The notes under the pieces are model-generated. The model had not been told where the DNA came from. It searched no databases and saw only the letters and a list, made by a program, of their open reading frames with translations. Below, one piece after another: positions 1-9,962 of a stretch of 64,000 nucleotides of DNA. Within the stretch, counting starts at the first letter, position 1; the number at the start of each line of letters is the position of its first letter. The stretch is from Gemmatimonadota bacterium (GTDB lineage: Bacteria > Gemmatimonadota > Gemmatimonadetes > Gemmatimonadales > GWC2-71-9), in contig JAZDCZ010000409.1 of assembly GCA_036679605.1 (NCBI GenBank), forward strand, positions 1 through 64,000, in the 5' to 3' direction. A program made the position numbers and the translations under genes.

Positions 1-83
1 ACAATCATCCCAAGCGGTACGGTTGCAGCAAGCAGCAACCACGTAACCAAACGCAAGCTGCGAGCACGACGGAGGGACGTCAT
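1..83 (-). CDS. Partial CDS running off the window edge; signal-peptide-like N-terminus
   Basis: Manual translation from ATG at 83: MTSLRRARSLRLVTWLLLATVPLGMI (basic then hydrophobic). Confidence 0.35.
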   Translation of the reverse strand, partial: MTSLRRARSLRLVTWLLLAATVPLGMI

Positions 84-236
84 TTCGAGTTTCTTCTCAT
101 TATTGGACCGGTATGAATAGAACCGAAAAGTATGGCCGTGTCCAGTCCGAATAACCCGGTACTATAAGGCATGAGCCGTGGCGCGTATCTTGAGCACCAC
201 CGACATTGGCTTAGACGACTCGATCGGAGAATGCGA

Positions 237-689
237 ATGAAGATGACGACAGCAATTATTGGCCTAGCTTTGACATCCACGGTTGGCATCCACTCACTAC
301 TATCCCAGGAAACACCGACGTCACCTGCTGAGGTCGTCGACGCATTTCACTCAGCGCTTGCGGATGGAGACTCCACGGGTGCATTGGCCCTGCTGCTTCC
401 GGAAGTCACGATATTCGAGAGCGGCGGCGCAGAGATGTCGCGCGATGAGTTCGCATCGCACCATTTGGCGGCAGACATGAAGTTTGCGGTGGGTACGACT
501 CGAGAGGTGACGAGCCGACAAGAAAGCCAGTCAGGTGACTTCGCCTGGGTCCTGTCTAGAACTCACACTTCGGGAACGTATGGCGAACGGAGCATTAATT
601 CGGTCGGAACTGAAACCGTGCTCCTGAAGCGAACGGATCAGGGCTGGCGGATCCGCCACTTTCATTGGTCGTCGAGAAGGCAACAGTGA
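237..689 (+). CDS. Secreted NTF2/SnoaL-like (DUF4440-like) protein
   Basis: Signal peptide, VVDAFHSALADGD, C-terminal GWRIRHFHWSSR; GGAG upstream of ATG 237 (track ORF starts at 171). Confidence 0.75.
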   Translation: MKMTTAIIGLALTSTVGIHSLLSQETPTSPAEVVDAFHSALADGDSTGALALLLPEVTIFESGGAEMSRDEFASHHLAADMKFAVGTTREVTSRQESQSGDFAWVLSRTHTSGTYGERSINSVGTETVLLKRTDQGWRIRHFHWSSRRQQ

Positions 690-782
690 CCGAGCTGCTT
701 ACCGGTCAAAAGTGGATTCACCGGTTCAGGGGATAGGGACTGCCAAATTGCCGTTCAAGTCGGTAACTTAGCCCGCTGAAAG

Positions 783-1178
783 ATGAACGGCCTACTAAGA
801 GTACCGGTGAGGAAAGCCATCTCCACCCTAGCCGTTGCGGCGGTTACGATTGCTTCTTTCGAAGCTTTAGCCGGCGAGATGAGCGATGGCGACATCCACC
901 ACGAGAATGTGGCGGAGGCTGCAGTGCATCACGATGCACTGCAGTTGCGCGGCGATCACGGGCATGAGGACTCCAACTCCCCGACGGGCCAGAGCCAGGG
1001 GCCAGAGCATAGGCATGGCACATCGGCCGATCACTGCACCCATATCCATGGCACAGGTCTGACATCCGGGGCTGCACTGGTCGAAACGAATCTTCTAACT
1101 ACCACCACGTCGTTCCACCACCTCAACGCACCTACCGACCGCACCGCGTCAACACCGACACAACCTCCCAAAGCATAG
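783..1178 (+). CDS. His-rich exported leader protein (CzcI/DUF2946-like) upstream of RND operon
   Basis: Signal-like N-terminus, many His (DHCTHIHG), C-terminal PTQPPKA. Confidence 0.65.
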   Translation: MNGLLRVPVRKAISTLAVAAVTIASFEALAGEMSDGDIHHENVAEAAVHHDALQLRGDHGHEDSNSPTGQSQGPEHRHGTSADHCTHIHGTGLTSGAALVETNLLTTTTSFHHLNAPTDRTASTPTQPPKA

Positions 1179-1281
1179 CCTAGTCTCTCGGATTCGTAGG
1201 CAAGCCGAATCCACCCACGGTTCCATCAACTGAGACATTTCAAAAGGCAGCGTGGCCTACGCCACGTTGGAGGTATTCAGC

Positions 1282-2541
1282 ATGGTATTCATGTTTTTGA
1301 GCGCGGCATTGTTGTCACCTTGTCAAGACACCGTTGTCCTTGGACTGGAAGAGACCGTCGCACGCGCGGCTGCGGTGAGCCCAGAAATGATCGCAGCTGA
1401 AGGGGCTATTAGCGCGCCACGCGGCGCGCGAGCGGAATCATTCTGGCCGTTCCCATTCAACCCAACCGTTGAGTACGGTCGAGTTCGGCGCAGGACCCCA
1501 ACGGGCACCGTCCATGACCGCCAGTGGGCCGTCACTCAGGAGATCGAGATCGGCGGCCAGTGGTTGTTCCGCCGTGGCGCCGCAAACCGGCTGGTTCGAT
1601 CGGCCGAAGAACGGGTCGCCGACACCCGCCGTCTCGTAGGCTTGGACGCTCGACTCGCCTACCTCAATCTCGCCATTAGTGAGCGACGCGCTGCGCTCAC
1701 GGATTCGAATGCCGTGTTCGCGGAGAGGCTAGCTGACCTTGCGGTGCGGCAACTTGACGCAGGGGAGATCAATCGACTCGAACACAACGCAGCGGTATTG
1801 GAGGCGGCTCGGGCCCGCAGCGCTGCAGAACGAGCCCGCGCGGAACAGGGAGCGCGGGCGGCAGAACTCGGCAGGCTCCTGGCGCTAGGAGGCGACACTG
1901 TCGCAACAACCAGACAGCTGCCGGACGTTCCCATATTGCCTGCTGATGCCTATGCAGTCGCCCTCAATCTCGCTCTGGGACGCCGCTCAGACCTCTTCGC
2001 CGCACGGTATGGCGCCGAAGCGGCGGATCGGGCGTATACGGCAGCACGTCTGTCGTTCCTACCTAACCTCACAGTCTCGGCGTTTTCGGGCCGCGAGGAG
2101 GGTACTGACGACTTGTTTGGGTTCGCCGTCGGATTCACCGTGCCGCTCTTCCACCGCGGCCAGTCTGCCAGTGGTCTGGCAGCAGCAGAGCGCGCCTTCG
2201 CGGGCGCGCAGCTCCTGGCCACGGAACGGCTCATTCAATCGGACGTGCGTATTGCGGTGGAGCGTTACGTCCGTGCCCGCAGAGCGGAACAGCTGTTTGC
2301 CACCGACGTGCTTCGAGCTGCAACGGAGAATGTCACGCTTACGGAGTTGGCTTTGAGTGAAGGCGAGGTAAGTGTGACCGACGTCGTGGTGCTGCGTACC
2401 GCCGCCGTGAACGCCCAATTGGAATACCTGAATGTACTAACCGATGCGACAGCAGCGTGGTTTGAATTCGCCGCGGCGTTGAACACGTCACCGGCGGAGC
2501 TAGCCACACTTCTCAATACAGGAATGGAGGACCCACGATGA
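1282..2541 (+). CDS. czcC: TolC-family outer membrane efflux protein (CzcC-like)
   Basis: OEP-like repeats, QEIEIGGQ; GGAGG at 1269-1273 before ATG 1282; first of an OMF-MFP-RND triplet. Confidence 0.85.
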   Translation: MVFMFLSAALLSPCQDTVVLGLEETVARAAAVSPEMIAAEGAISAPRGARAESFWPFPFNPTVEYGRVRRRTPTGTVHDRQWAVTQEIEIGGQWLFRRGAANRLVRSAEERVADTRRLVGLDARLAYLNLAISERRAALTDSNAVFAERLADLAVRQLDAGEINRLEHNAAVLEAARARSAAERARAEQGARAAELGRLLALGGDTVATTRQLPDVPILPADAYAVALNLALGRRSDLFAARYGAEAADRAYTAARLSFLPNLTVSAFSGREEGTDDLFGFAVGFTVPLFHRGQSASGLAAAERAFAGAQLLATERLIQSDVRIAVERYVRARRAEQLFATDVLRAATENVTLTELALSEGEVSVTDVVVLRTAAVNAQLEYLNVLTDATAAWFEFAAALNTSPAELATLLNTGMEDPR

Positions 2542-3674
2542 CTCGATCGAGACTGTGGGTCGCTATCGTGAGCATGGGTGTGGCCGCTTGCGGGAGTGGC
2601 GCGGTGGAAGAGGAAACACCTTCGGACGAAGCAAGTCTGGATATTGTGGCGCTCGATTCGCTTCAGCTGGCCTCAGCCGATCTCCGCTTCGCAGCGGTCC
2701 AGGTCCTTCCTCCCGACACGTTGCGTCTCACCGGTTCAGTCACCTTCGACGCGGCACGCGTAAGTCATGTCGGTCCCCGGATGCAGGGCCGCATTCGCCG
2801 GGTGCCAGTAGAAATCGGTAGTACGGTTCGCGAGGGGGACACGCTGGCGGTGCTTGACAGTCCCGAACTTGGCGCAGCGCAGGCCGCCTGGTTTAATGCG
2901 TCCGTCGAGCGAGAGGTCGATCGGCAGAACTACGAACGAGCCGAGCGGTTGTATCGCGACGGCATCGTTTCGGAACGACGCCGTCTCGAAGCCGAGGGCG
3001 AATTCCGACAGGCCGAGGGCGCGCTGACAGCCGCGGAGAGGGCGCTGGCGGCACTGGGTGCTGAGCCGGATAGTGCGGCCTCCAGTGTCTTTGTGCTGTA
3101 CGCGCCGCTGTCCGGGATCGTCGCGGACAAGCACGCGACCGTCGGCGAGGTGGTGGGACCCGATACCCGACTGTTTACGGTCGCAGATCTCACGCGCCTG
3201 TGGATCCTGCTCGACGTATACGAGGCCGATTTGTCGCGCGTCACGGCGGGGACGCAGGCCGTCATCACGACCCGTGCCTACCCTGACCGGCTTTTTGATG
3301 GACGACTGGCTTACGTGGGCGCGATCGTTGACACAACCTCCCGGACCATCAGGGCCCGCATAGAGATTCCCAATCCCGACCTGGCGCTCAAACCCGGCAT
3401 GTTCGCTCGTGCTGACCTCGTGTTGCACGACACTGCGGAGACCGTTGGCGTTCCACAGGATGCCGTGCAAACTCTGGACGGCAACACGATCGTATTCGTG
3501 CCGGAGGGATCCGGCCGGTTCCGTATCGCCGCTGTGGTGACAGCTCCGTCTCGGGCCGGCGGGTGGGTCAATATTCTCAGTGGTGTGGTGTTAGGGGATA
3601 CGGTGGTGACCGCCGGGAGCTTCTCCCTCAAGTCGGAGCTCTTGAAGAGCAGCTTCGCTGAGGAGGGACCTTAA
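2538..3674 (+). CDS. czcB: RND efflux periplasmic adaptor (CzcB-like), lipoprotein
   Basis: Lipobox VAAC, SPELGAAQ, APLSGIV, LKPGMF; ATGA overlap with czcC. Confidence 0.9.
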   Translation: MTRSRLWVAIVSMGVAACGSGAVEEETPSDEASLDIVALDSLQLASADLRFAAVQVLPPDTLRLTGSVTFDAARVSHVGPRMQGRIRRVPVEIGSTVREGDTLAVLDSPELGAAQAAWFNASVEREVDRQNYERAERLYRDGIVSERRRLEAEGEFRQAEGALTAAERALAALGAEPDSAASSVFVLYAPLSGIVADKHATVGEVVGPDTRLFTVADLTRLWILLDVYEADLSRVTAGTQAVITTRAYPDRLFDGRLAYVGAIVDTTSRTIRARIEIPNPDLALKPGMFARADLVLHDTAETVGVPQDAVQTLDGNTIVFVPEGSGRFRIAAVVTAPSRAGGWVNILSGVVLGDTVVTAGSFSLKSELLKSSFAEEGP

Positions 3675-6600
3675 ATGATCGCTCGCATAATCGACTTTGC
3701 ACTTCGCCAGCGGTTACTCGTCATCGTCGGAGCCGTGGCGCTGGTCGGAGTTGGATACCAATCCGCCCGCACGTTGCCGGTCGATGCGTTCCCTGACGTC
3801 TCGCCGGTTCTGGTTCAAATATTCACCGAGTCCTCCGGCTTGGCCCCCGAGGAGGTCGAGCAACTCGTCACCTACCCCATCGAAGTCTCGATGAATGGTC
3901 TTCCGGGGGTGACTCGGATCCAGTCGATCTCGATGTTCGGGCTCTCCGTCGTGAGCGTATACTTCGACGACGCCACCGATATTTATTTTGCCCGGCAGAT
4001 TGTCTTCGAGCGCCTCCAGTCCGCTCGTGAGGACATCCCTCCCGGTCTCGGCGATCCGGAGTTGGGACCGATCACCACCGGATTGGGCCAGGTCTACCAG
4101 TACCTCGTCACGGGCGAGGGCGTATCGGTGGATTCTTTACGGACGATTCAAGATTGGATTGCCAAGTTCCAGCTCCGAACGGTACCCGGCGTGACGGAGG
4201 TGCTTTCCATGGGCGGGAACGTCAAGCAGTATCAGATCCAACTCCATCCGGGACGGCTGGTCCAATATGACATCACGGTTCCGGAAGTGGTGGTTGCCCT
4301 CGAGCGCAACAACGAGAATGCCGGCGGAAGCTACTTGGTCCGGGGGGCGGAGGAGTTTCTGGTTCGTGGCCTAGGCTGGGTCAGCACGCTCGACGACATC
4401 GGCAACGTCGTAGTGGCCGAGCGGGAAAACGCACCCGTGTACGTGCGCAACCTCGGCGAGGTCACGTTCGGCTCGCAGATCCGCCGTGGTGCTGTGACCG
4501 TAAACGGTAAGGGCGAGATGGTAGCCGGAATCGTCCTGAAGCGCATCTTCGAGAACACATCCGCCGTGATCGGCGGAGTGAAGCGCATGGTGGACCGGAT
4601 CAATCGATCGCTGCCTCAAGGGATTGGCCTGGTCCCGTTCTACGACCAGGCGGACCTCGTAGAGCGGGCCATCGAAACCGTGCGCAGCGCCCTACTCGGG
4701 GGCGGCCTACTGATCGTCATCGTCTTGTTCGCGTTACTGGGAAACGTGCGCAGCGCGTTGGTCGTGACCACGCTGCTGCCGGCGTCTGCCCTCTTCGCGT
4801 TCATCATCATGCGCACGACCGGCCTGTCGGCGAACTTGATGTCGCTAGGCGGCTTGGCCATCGGTGTCGGCATGATGGTGGACGGAGGAGTGGTCATGGT
4901 GGAAAATATCTACCGACACCTGGCGGAGCATCGTGACGGCAGCGTTCCTCGGGCGACACTCATCCGCCGCGCGGCGCATGAGGTCGCCCGGCCGGTAGTC
5001 TTTGCAATCATCATCATCATCGTGGTTTTCCTTCCCCTGTTCACACTGGAGGGAGTCGAAGGAAAGCTATTCAAGCCGTTAGCGCTGACGATCACCTACG
5101 CTATGTTGGGCTCACTGGTTTTCTCCGTGACCTTGGTGCCGGTATTGTGTTCGATGTTCCTCAAGGCAGGAAAGGACGAGGACACTCGGATCGTGCGGAT
5201 GTTCCGGAGCAGCTACGAGCCCGCCCTTCGCTGGTCGGTTAAGTACCCCAAGAGGGTAGTCGGGGGCGCGGTTGCGGGGTTGGTTCTCAGTTTGGGTCTG
5301 GTTCCCTTCCTCGGAACCGAGTTCGTCCCCGCTCTCGAGGAAGGATCGATCCTCTTTCGGACGACGATGGCTCCCAGCGCCGGTCTCAACGCCGGAATCA
5401 AATTGGCGACTAGAATGGAGCGCCTCGTATTGCAGTTTCCGGAGGTGGTGGACGCCGTCTCGAAGATCGGCCGGGCAGAGCTCGGCGGCGACCCGGAACC
5501 GGTCAATAATATCGAGACCACGGTGACGCTCAAACCGTTGGAGGAATGGGAGAGCGCGAAAAGTAAGGCGGAGCTGGTCGACGCCATGCGGGATCGGTTG
5601 AGCGCAATCCCCGGGATCGCCCTGAACTTTTCCCAGCCGATTGCAACGCGAGTGGACGAGTTGCTATCCGGTGTGCGGGCCCAACTCGCCATCAAGCTAT
5701 TTGGGGACGACTTGGACACGCTCGTGGTCAAGGCGTCACAGATCGAAAGGGTGATCGCGGGCATCCAAGGGGCGAGGGACGTGCAGACGGAGCAGACGGT
5801 CGGACAACCGCAGATCGTCGTAAGAATCGACCGCGTTGCCGTGGCGCGCCTCGGTATCAACGTGGCGGACGTACAGGACGTGATCCGGGGTGCGGTCGGC
5901 GGCGCCGTGGCCGGTCAGGTATTCGAAGGGCAACGCCGTTTCGAGGTCTTCGTCCGATACGGTGCGGAACATCGCAGCACTCCAGCGGACATACGGCGGG
6001 CGCTGGTCGCCGCGCCGGGCGGCGCTCACGTGCCCATAGGGCAGATCGCCACCGTAGAGGAATTGGTGGGGCCCAAACGCATCAGCCGCGAGGCAAACCA
6101 GCGGCGCATCGTAGTGCAAGCCAACGTCGAAGGGCGCGACATGGGAGGATTCGTCGCCGAGGCTCAGGCGGCAGTGGCGGCAGCCGTACCGTTGCCGGCC
6201 GGCTATTTCGTCGTCTGGGGTGGGCAGTTCGAAAATCAGCAGCGGGCGATGGCTAAGCTCTCGGTGATCGTGCCCATGACGATAGGGCTGATTTTTCTTC
6301 TGCTCTTTTCGAGCTTCAATTCGGCGCGACAGGCGTTGTTGATCATCCTCAACATCCCGTTTGCTTTGATCGGCGGTATCGTCGCACTGTTCCTGTCCGG
6401 TCAGTATCTCAGCGTGCCTGCATCAGTCGGCTTCATCGCGCTCTTCGGCGTCGCCGTGCTGAATGGCGTGGTGCTCGTATCGTATATCAATCAGCTCAGA
6501 GAAGAGGGGTTGGAAAGCGACGAGGCCGTGATCCGTGGGTCTCTTCTTCGCCTCCGGCCGGTCCTCATGACCGCGCTCGTGGCAAGCCTCGGATTGATCC

Positions 6601-6749
6601 CGCTCCTGCTGTCCTCCGGAGCAGGATCGGAGGTGCAGCGACCGCTTGCGACGGTCGTGGTCGGAGGGCTTGTGACATCAACGCTACTCACCTTGCTAGT
6701 GCTCCCCGCATTGTATCGGGCGTTCGAGCCACGGCGCGTAACATTCTAG
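3675..6749 (+). CDS. czcA: CusA/CzcA-family heavy-metal RND permease (CzcA-like)
   Basis: DAFPDVS, SANLMSLGG, RLRPVLMTA, QRPLATVVVGGL; lacks the CusA Met motifs. Confidence 0.92.
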   Translation: MIARIIDFALRQRLLVIVGAVALVGVGYQSARTLPVDAFPDVSPVLVQIFTESSGLAPEEVEQLVTYPIEVSMNGLPGVTRIQSISMFGLSVVSVYFDDATDIYFARQIVFERLQSAREDIPPGLGDPELGPITTGLGQVYQYLVTGEGVSVDSLRTIQDWIAKFQLRTVPGVTEVLSMGGNVKQYQIQLHPGRLVQYDITVPEVVVALERNNENAGGSYLVRGAEEFLVRGLGWVSTLDDIGNVVVAERENAPVYVRNLGEVTFGSQIRRGAVTVNGKGEMVAGIVLKRIFENTSAVIGGVKRMVDRINRSLPQGIGLVPFYDQADLVERAIETVRSALLGGGLLIVIVLFALLGNVRSALVVTTLLPASALFAFIIMRTTGLSANLMSLGGLAIGVGMMVDGGVVMVENIYRHLAEHRDGSVPRATLIRRAAHEVARPVVFAIIIIIVVFLPLFTLEGVEGKLFKPLALTITYAMLGSLVFSVTLVPVLCSMFLKAGKDEDTRIVRMFRSSYEPALRWSVKYPKRVVGGAVAGLVLSLGLVPFLGTEFVPALEEGSILFRTTMAPSAGLNAGIKLATRMERLVLQFPEVVDAVSKIGRAELGGDPEPVNNIETTVTLKPLEEWESAKSKAELVDAMRDRLSAIPGIALNFSQPIATRVDELLSGVRAQLAIKLFGDDLDTLVVKASQIERVIAGIQGARDVQTEQTVGQPQIVVRIDRVAVARLGINVADVQDVIRGAVGGAVAGQVFEGQRRFEVFVRYGAEHRSTPADIRRALVAAPGGAHVPIGQIATVEELVGPKRISREANQRRIVVQANVEGRDMGGFVAEAQAAVAAAVPLPAGYFVVWGGQFENQQRAMAKLSVIVPMTIGLIFLLLFSSFNSARQALLIILNIPFALIGGIVALFLSGQYLSVPASVGFIALFGVAVLNGVVLVSYINQLREEGLESDEAVIRGSLLRLRPVLMTALVASLGLIPLLLSSGAGSEVQRPLATVVVGGLVTSTLLTLLVLPALYRAFEPRRVTF

Positions 6750-6758
6750 GGAGAAAAA

Positions 6759-7103
6759 ATGAAGCTCATTCTCGCAATTATCAAACCCTTCAAGCTTGCG
6801 GAGCTTGTTGATTCCGTCAGGGAAAACCCTCACTTCCCGGGCGTGACGGTATTCGAGGTTCGCGGGTTCGGGCATGACAAGACCGCACCTCACGTTCATG
6901 GAAGAGCCGAAGACCTCCGTGACTTTACAGACCATGTTGCCTGCCTCATAGCAGCATGCGACGACGACGCCGATGACATCGTCGAACAGATAGACTCTGT
7001 AGCACGCACCGGACGTGCAGGAGACGGGAAGATCTTCGTTCTCGACCTCGAGCAGGCCGTGCGAATCGGGACCGGCGAACGCGGAGAGCAGGCACTCTGT
7101 TGA
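6759..7103 (+). CDS. PII-family protein associated with metal RND efflux
   Basis: MKLILAIIKPFKL, VRGFG, TGRAGDGKIFV, RIGTGERG. Confidence 0.9.
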   Translation: MKLILAIIKPFKLAELVDSVRENPHFPGVTVFEVRGFGHDKTAPHVHGRAEDLRDFTDHVACLIAACDDDADDIVEQIDSVARTGRAGDGKIFVLDLEQAVRIGTGERGEQALC

Positions 7104-7145
7104 CACGGGTGATCAGCACCCAGTTTAGAGTCGAGATCATGGAAA

Positions 7146-9074
7146 TTGAATAGCGCCGAACCTGGCTACTCGTCGTGGCGCACTGCCACCGCACGGCGGA
7201 CTTACGTGTCGGGCGTATTCTGGCTCGGCGGAATGGTGATCGCCTTCAACACGACGGTACCGCATGCGGCTGGCTGGCTCCGCGTTCGTCTAGACATTGC
7301 CGGCCTGGTGCTACTGGTTGGTGCACTCATCGGCGGTTGGAATTTCTTCCCCAAGGCACTAAGCGGCATCAGGAAGTTCCGCTTGGACATGAACTTCCTG
7401 ATGACCGTAGCGATCGTGGGCGCGGTGCTGATCGGTGAGCCCATTGAAGCCGCTGCGATCGCCGCGCTCTTCTCGTTCGCCGAGCTGCTAGAAGCGGCGG
7501 CCGTGGTACGTGCGCGTAGGGCGGTAGAGGAGTTGGTTCGCTTGACGCCTGAGCAGGCAAGTCTTGTGCGCGAAAACGGTGTAGAGGAGGCTGTACCCAC
7601 CGGGAGTCTCAGGATAGGAGATTTAGTACGGGTTCGGCCTGGCGAGAAGATACCGATCGACGGAAGAGTCATGGACGGTGAATCCGGAGTTGACGAGGCT
7701 AACGTCACCGGAGAATCTATCCCCGTTTCCAAAGTCGTAGGCGATCCCGTGTATGCCGGCACAACCATCGTAGAGGGCTATCTCGAGATCGAAGCGACAA
7801 CCGACGCGTCGGATACGACCATCGCGCGCCTCGTTCGTCTCGTCCGACAGGCACAAGCCAGGAGAGCACCGATAGAACGATACGTGGATCGGTTCGCCCG
7901 CTACTATACGCCCACCGTAACGGCACTCGCCGCGCTCACAATGGTTGTGCCTCCACTGTTCGGATTGGGTACCGGTTTGGACTGGTTCACTCGCGGCCTA
8001 GCGTTGCTCGTCATTGCGTGCCCTTGCGCCCTTGTAATCGCGACGCCCGTAACCGTCGTTAGCGCCCTGACTAGCGCCGCACGCAACGGTGTATTGATTA
8101 AGGGCGGCGAGTACCTAGAGGCGCTGGGGGCCACCTGCGCAATGGCGTTCGACAAAACCGGTTCCCTCACAGAGGGCCGACTCTCCGTAACCGACGTTCG
8201 TGTTGTCAACAAGGCCTCTAAAGAACTGGTGCTGGGGCTGGCCGCAGCAGCCGAATCCAGATCGGAGCACCCCATCGCTCGCGCAATCGTTGAGAAGGCA
8301 AGAAACGACCAGGTGAAGGAGCTTCCTGTTACCGACTTCGAGGCTCGTCCCGGGATCGGCGTTGTAGCGACGGTGGATGGGCTTGAGATCCGTCTTGGCA
8401 CGACAGACTTGTTCCCCGACTTAGATCTTCCCCCAGCACTGGAAGAACTGGAGTCGGAAGGAAAGACGGTTGTAGTGATTGGTGATGCCGACAAAGTGTT
8501 TGGCATGATTGCCCTTGAGGACACGTTGCGACCTAATGCACGAGCGGTCCTAGGCCAGCTTCGAAAACTGGGCATTCACGAACAGCTGATGCTGACCGGC
8601 GATAACGAAGCCGTGGCTCGCGCGGTAGCGAGCAAAACCGACATTAGCGATGTCCGAGCACGCCTGCTGCCACACGAAAAGGTACAAGTGGTCGAGGAGT
8701 TGAAAGCGCACCACAAGGTTGTCGCCATGTTGGGCGACGGAGTAAACGATGCCCCAGCTCTCGCCGCCGCTACTGTAGGTATTGCCATGGGAGCTGCAGG
8801 ATCGCCAGCGACGATTGAGACAGCCGATGTCGCACTGATGGCCGACGATCTCAAGGCGCTACCCTATGCCGTGCGAATGGCGCAGCTGACCAGGCGACTC
8901 GTTCGATTCAATATCGCTTCCGCTTTGACCCTCAAGCTATTACTGGCAGTGGGCGCCGTCGGAGGGGTCGTTACGTTGCTGGTAGCAGTTCTGGTCGGCG
9001 ATATGGGAGCATCGATTCTCGTAACCCTCAACGCGATGCGCCTTGCGCAGACCCGACCGAACATGACAGACTAG
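7146..9074 (+). CDS. P1B-2 heavy-metal ATPase (Zn/Cd/Pb; ZntA/CadA-like) without N-terminal HMA domain
   Basis: [26 protein letters not shown], late-TM Lys and DMG; TTG start uncertain. Confidence 0.88.
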   Translation: MNSAEPGYSSWRTATARRTYVSGVFWLGGMVIAFNTTVPHAAGWLRVRLDIAGLVLLVGALIGGWNFFPKALSGIRKFRLDMNFLMTVAIVGAVLIGEPIEAAAIAALFSFAELLEAAAVVRARRAVEELVRLTPEQASLVRENGVEEAVPTGSLRIGDLVRVRPGEKIPIDGRVMDGESGVDEANVTGESIPVSKVVGDPVYAGTTIVEGYLEIEATTDASDTTIARLVRLVRQAQARRAPIERYVDRFARYYTPTVTALAALTMVVPPLFGLGTGLDWFTRGLALLVIACPCALVIATPVTVVSALTSAARNGVLIKGGEYLEALGATCAMAFDKTGSLTEGRLSVTDVRVVNKASKELVLGLAAAAESRSEHPIARAIVEKARNDQVKELPVTDFEARPGIGVVATVDGLEIRLGTTDLFPDLDLPPALEELESEGKTVVVIGDADKVFGMIALEDTLRPNARAVLGQLRKLGIHEQLMLTGDNEAVARAVASKTDISDVRARLLPHEKVQVVEELKAHHKVVAMLGDGVNDAPALAAATVGIAMGAAGSPATIETADVALMADDLKALPYAVRMAQLTRRLVRFNIASALTLKLLLAVGAVGGVVTLLVAVLVGDMGASILVTLNAMRLAQTRPNMTD

Positions 9075-9089
9075 ACGTCGGAGCGTATC

Positions 9090-9791
9090 ATGGTAAACAT
9101 GTCACCGTATCGAATGCGGAGAAGGCTCAGCTGGCGGGCGCGATCGCCCGTAACCCTCGCTCTCGCAGTTGCGGCCGTTGGCGTGGGGTGCGGAGCCGGC
9201 GAGCGCGACACGAGGGTCGTGGTCTCGCCAGACACCGTCATCATAGCTGGCGGGACCGTCATAGACCTGTCGGCCAAAAAGCTCGATGTACTTGGTCACG
9301 CAATCGAGAATATCAACATTCTTTGGACGACCATGGATTCCATGGTCGCGACGGTGTCCGCGGCCGGCCGTGTACGCGGAGTGACCCCGGGCACTACATC
9401 GGTCCTTGCCGAAATGAACGGACGGAAGGGAGCGGCGGTGGTGAGTGTTATGAACGAGGACCAGTTGCCATCACTCTCGCGAGACGTCCAGCCCATTCTG
9501 ACTTCCAGGTGTGCAACCGCCGGATGTCATGCCGGCCCCAAACCCCCGTTTCACCTGGATCTCGCAAGGGGTGGGTCCTATACAAATCTAGTGAACGCTC
9601 CGGCGGTCGAGTTGAAAATGAAGCTAGTGACCCCGTACCTCCCGCGAAACAGCTACTTGCTGTTCGAACTTCGAGGTGAGGGACGAGAGCCGGGAACCGG
9701 CATTCCGCATGCGCACAAGGGGTTGCAAATCACCAACGCAGAGATTGCCGCAATCCGAAACTGGATACTCGCCGGAGCAAATAACAACTAG
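9090..9791 (+). CDS. Lipoprotein with Ig-like domain and CX4CH cytochrome-c-like domain
   Basis: Lipobox GVGC, VATVSAAGRVRGVTPGTT (Big_2-like), DVQPILTSRCATAGCH, IRNWILAGA. Confidence 0.65.
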   Translation: MVNMSPYRMRRRLSWRARSPVTLALAVAAVGVGCGAGERDTRVVVSPDTVIIAGGTVIDLSAKKLDVLGHAIENINILWTTMDSMVATVSAAGRVRGVTPGTTSVLAEMNGRKGAAVVSVMNEDQLPSLSRDVQPILTSRCATAGCHAGPKPPFHLDLARGGSYTNLVNAPAVELKMKLVTPYLPRNSYLLFELRGEGREPGTGIPHAHKGLQITNAEIAAIRNWILAGANNN

Positions 9792-9962
9792 ACGCCGGTA
9801 GGTCTGGAGTCCGGGCCGAGACTCGTTGCCGCCCCCGATGTCACCTATGTGTCTCGATGTTTATTATCACAACGTAATCCAACTCCGCCTCCCCGAGAGA
9901 GACTAGCTCAGGTCGACGCGACGCATGTCCACGGTGACGTCCGTCTCTCGAGTCATGGCGTC

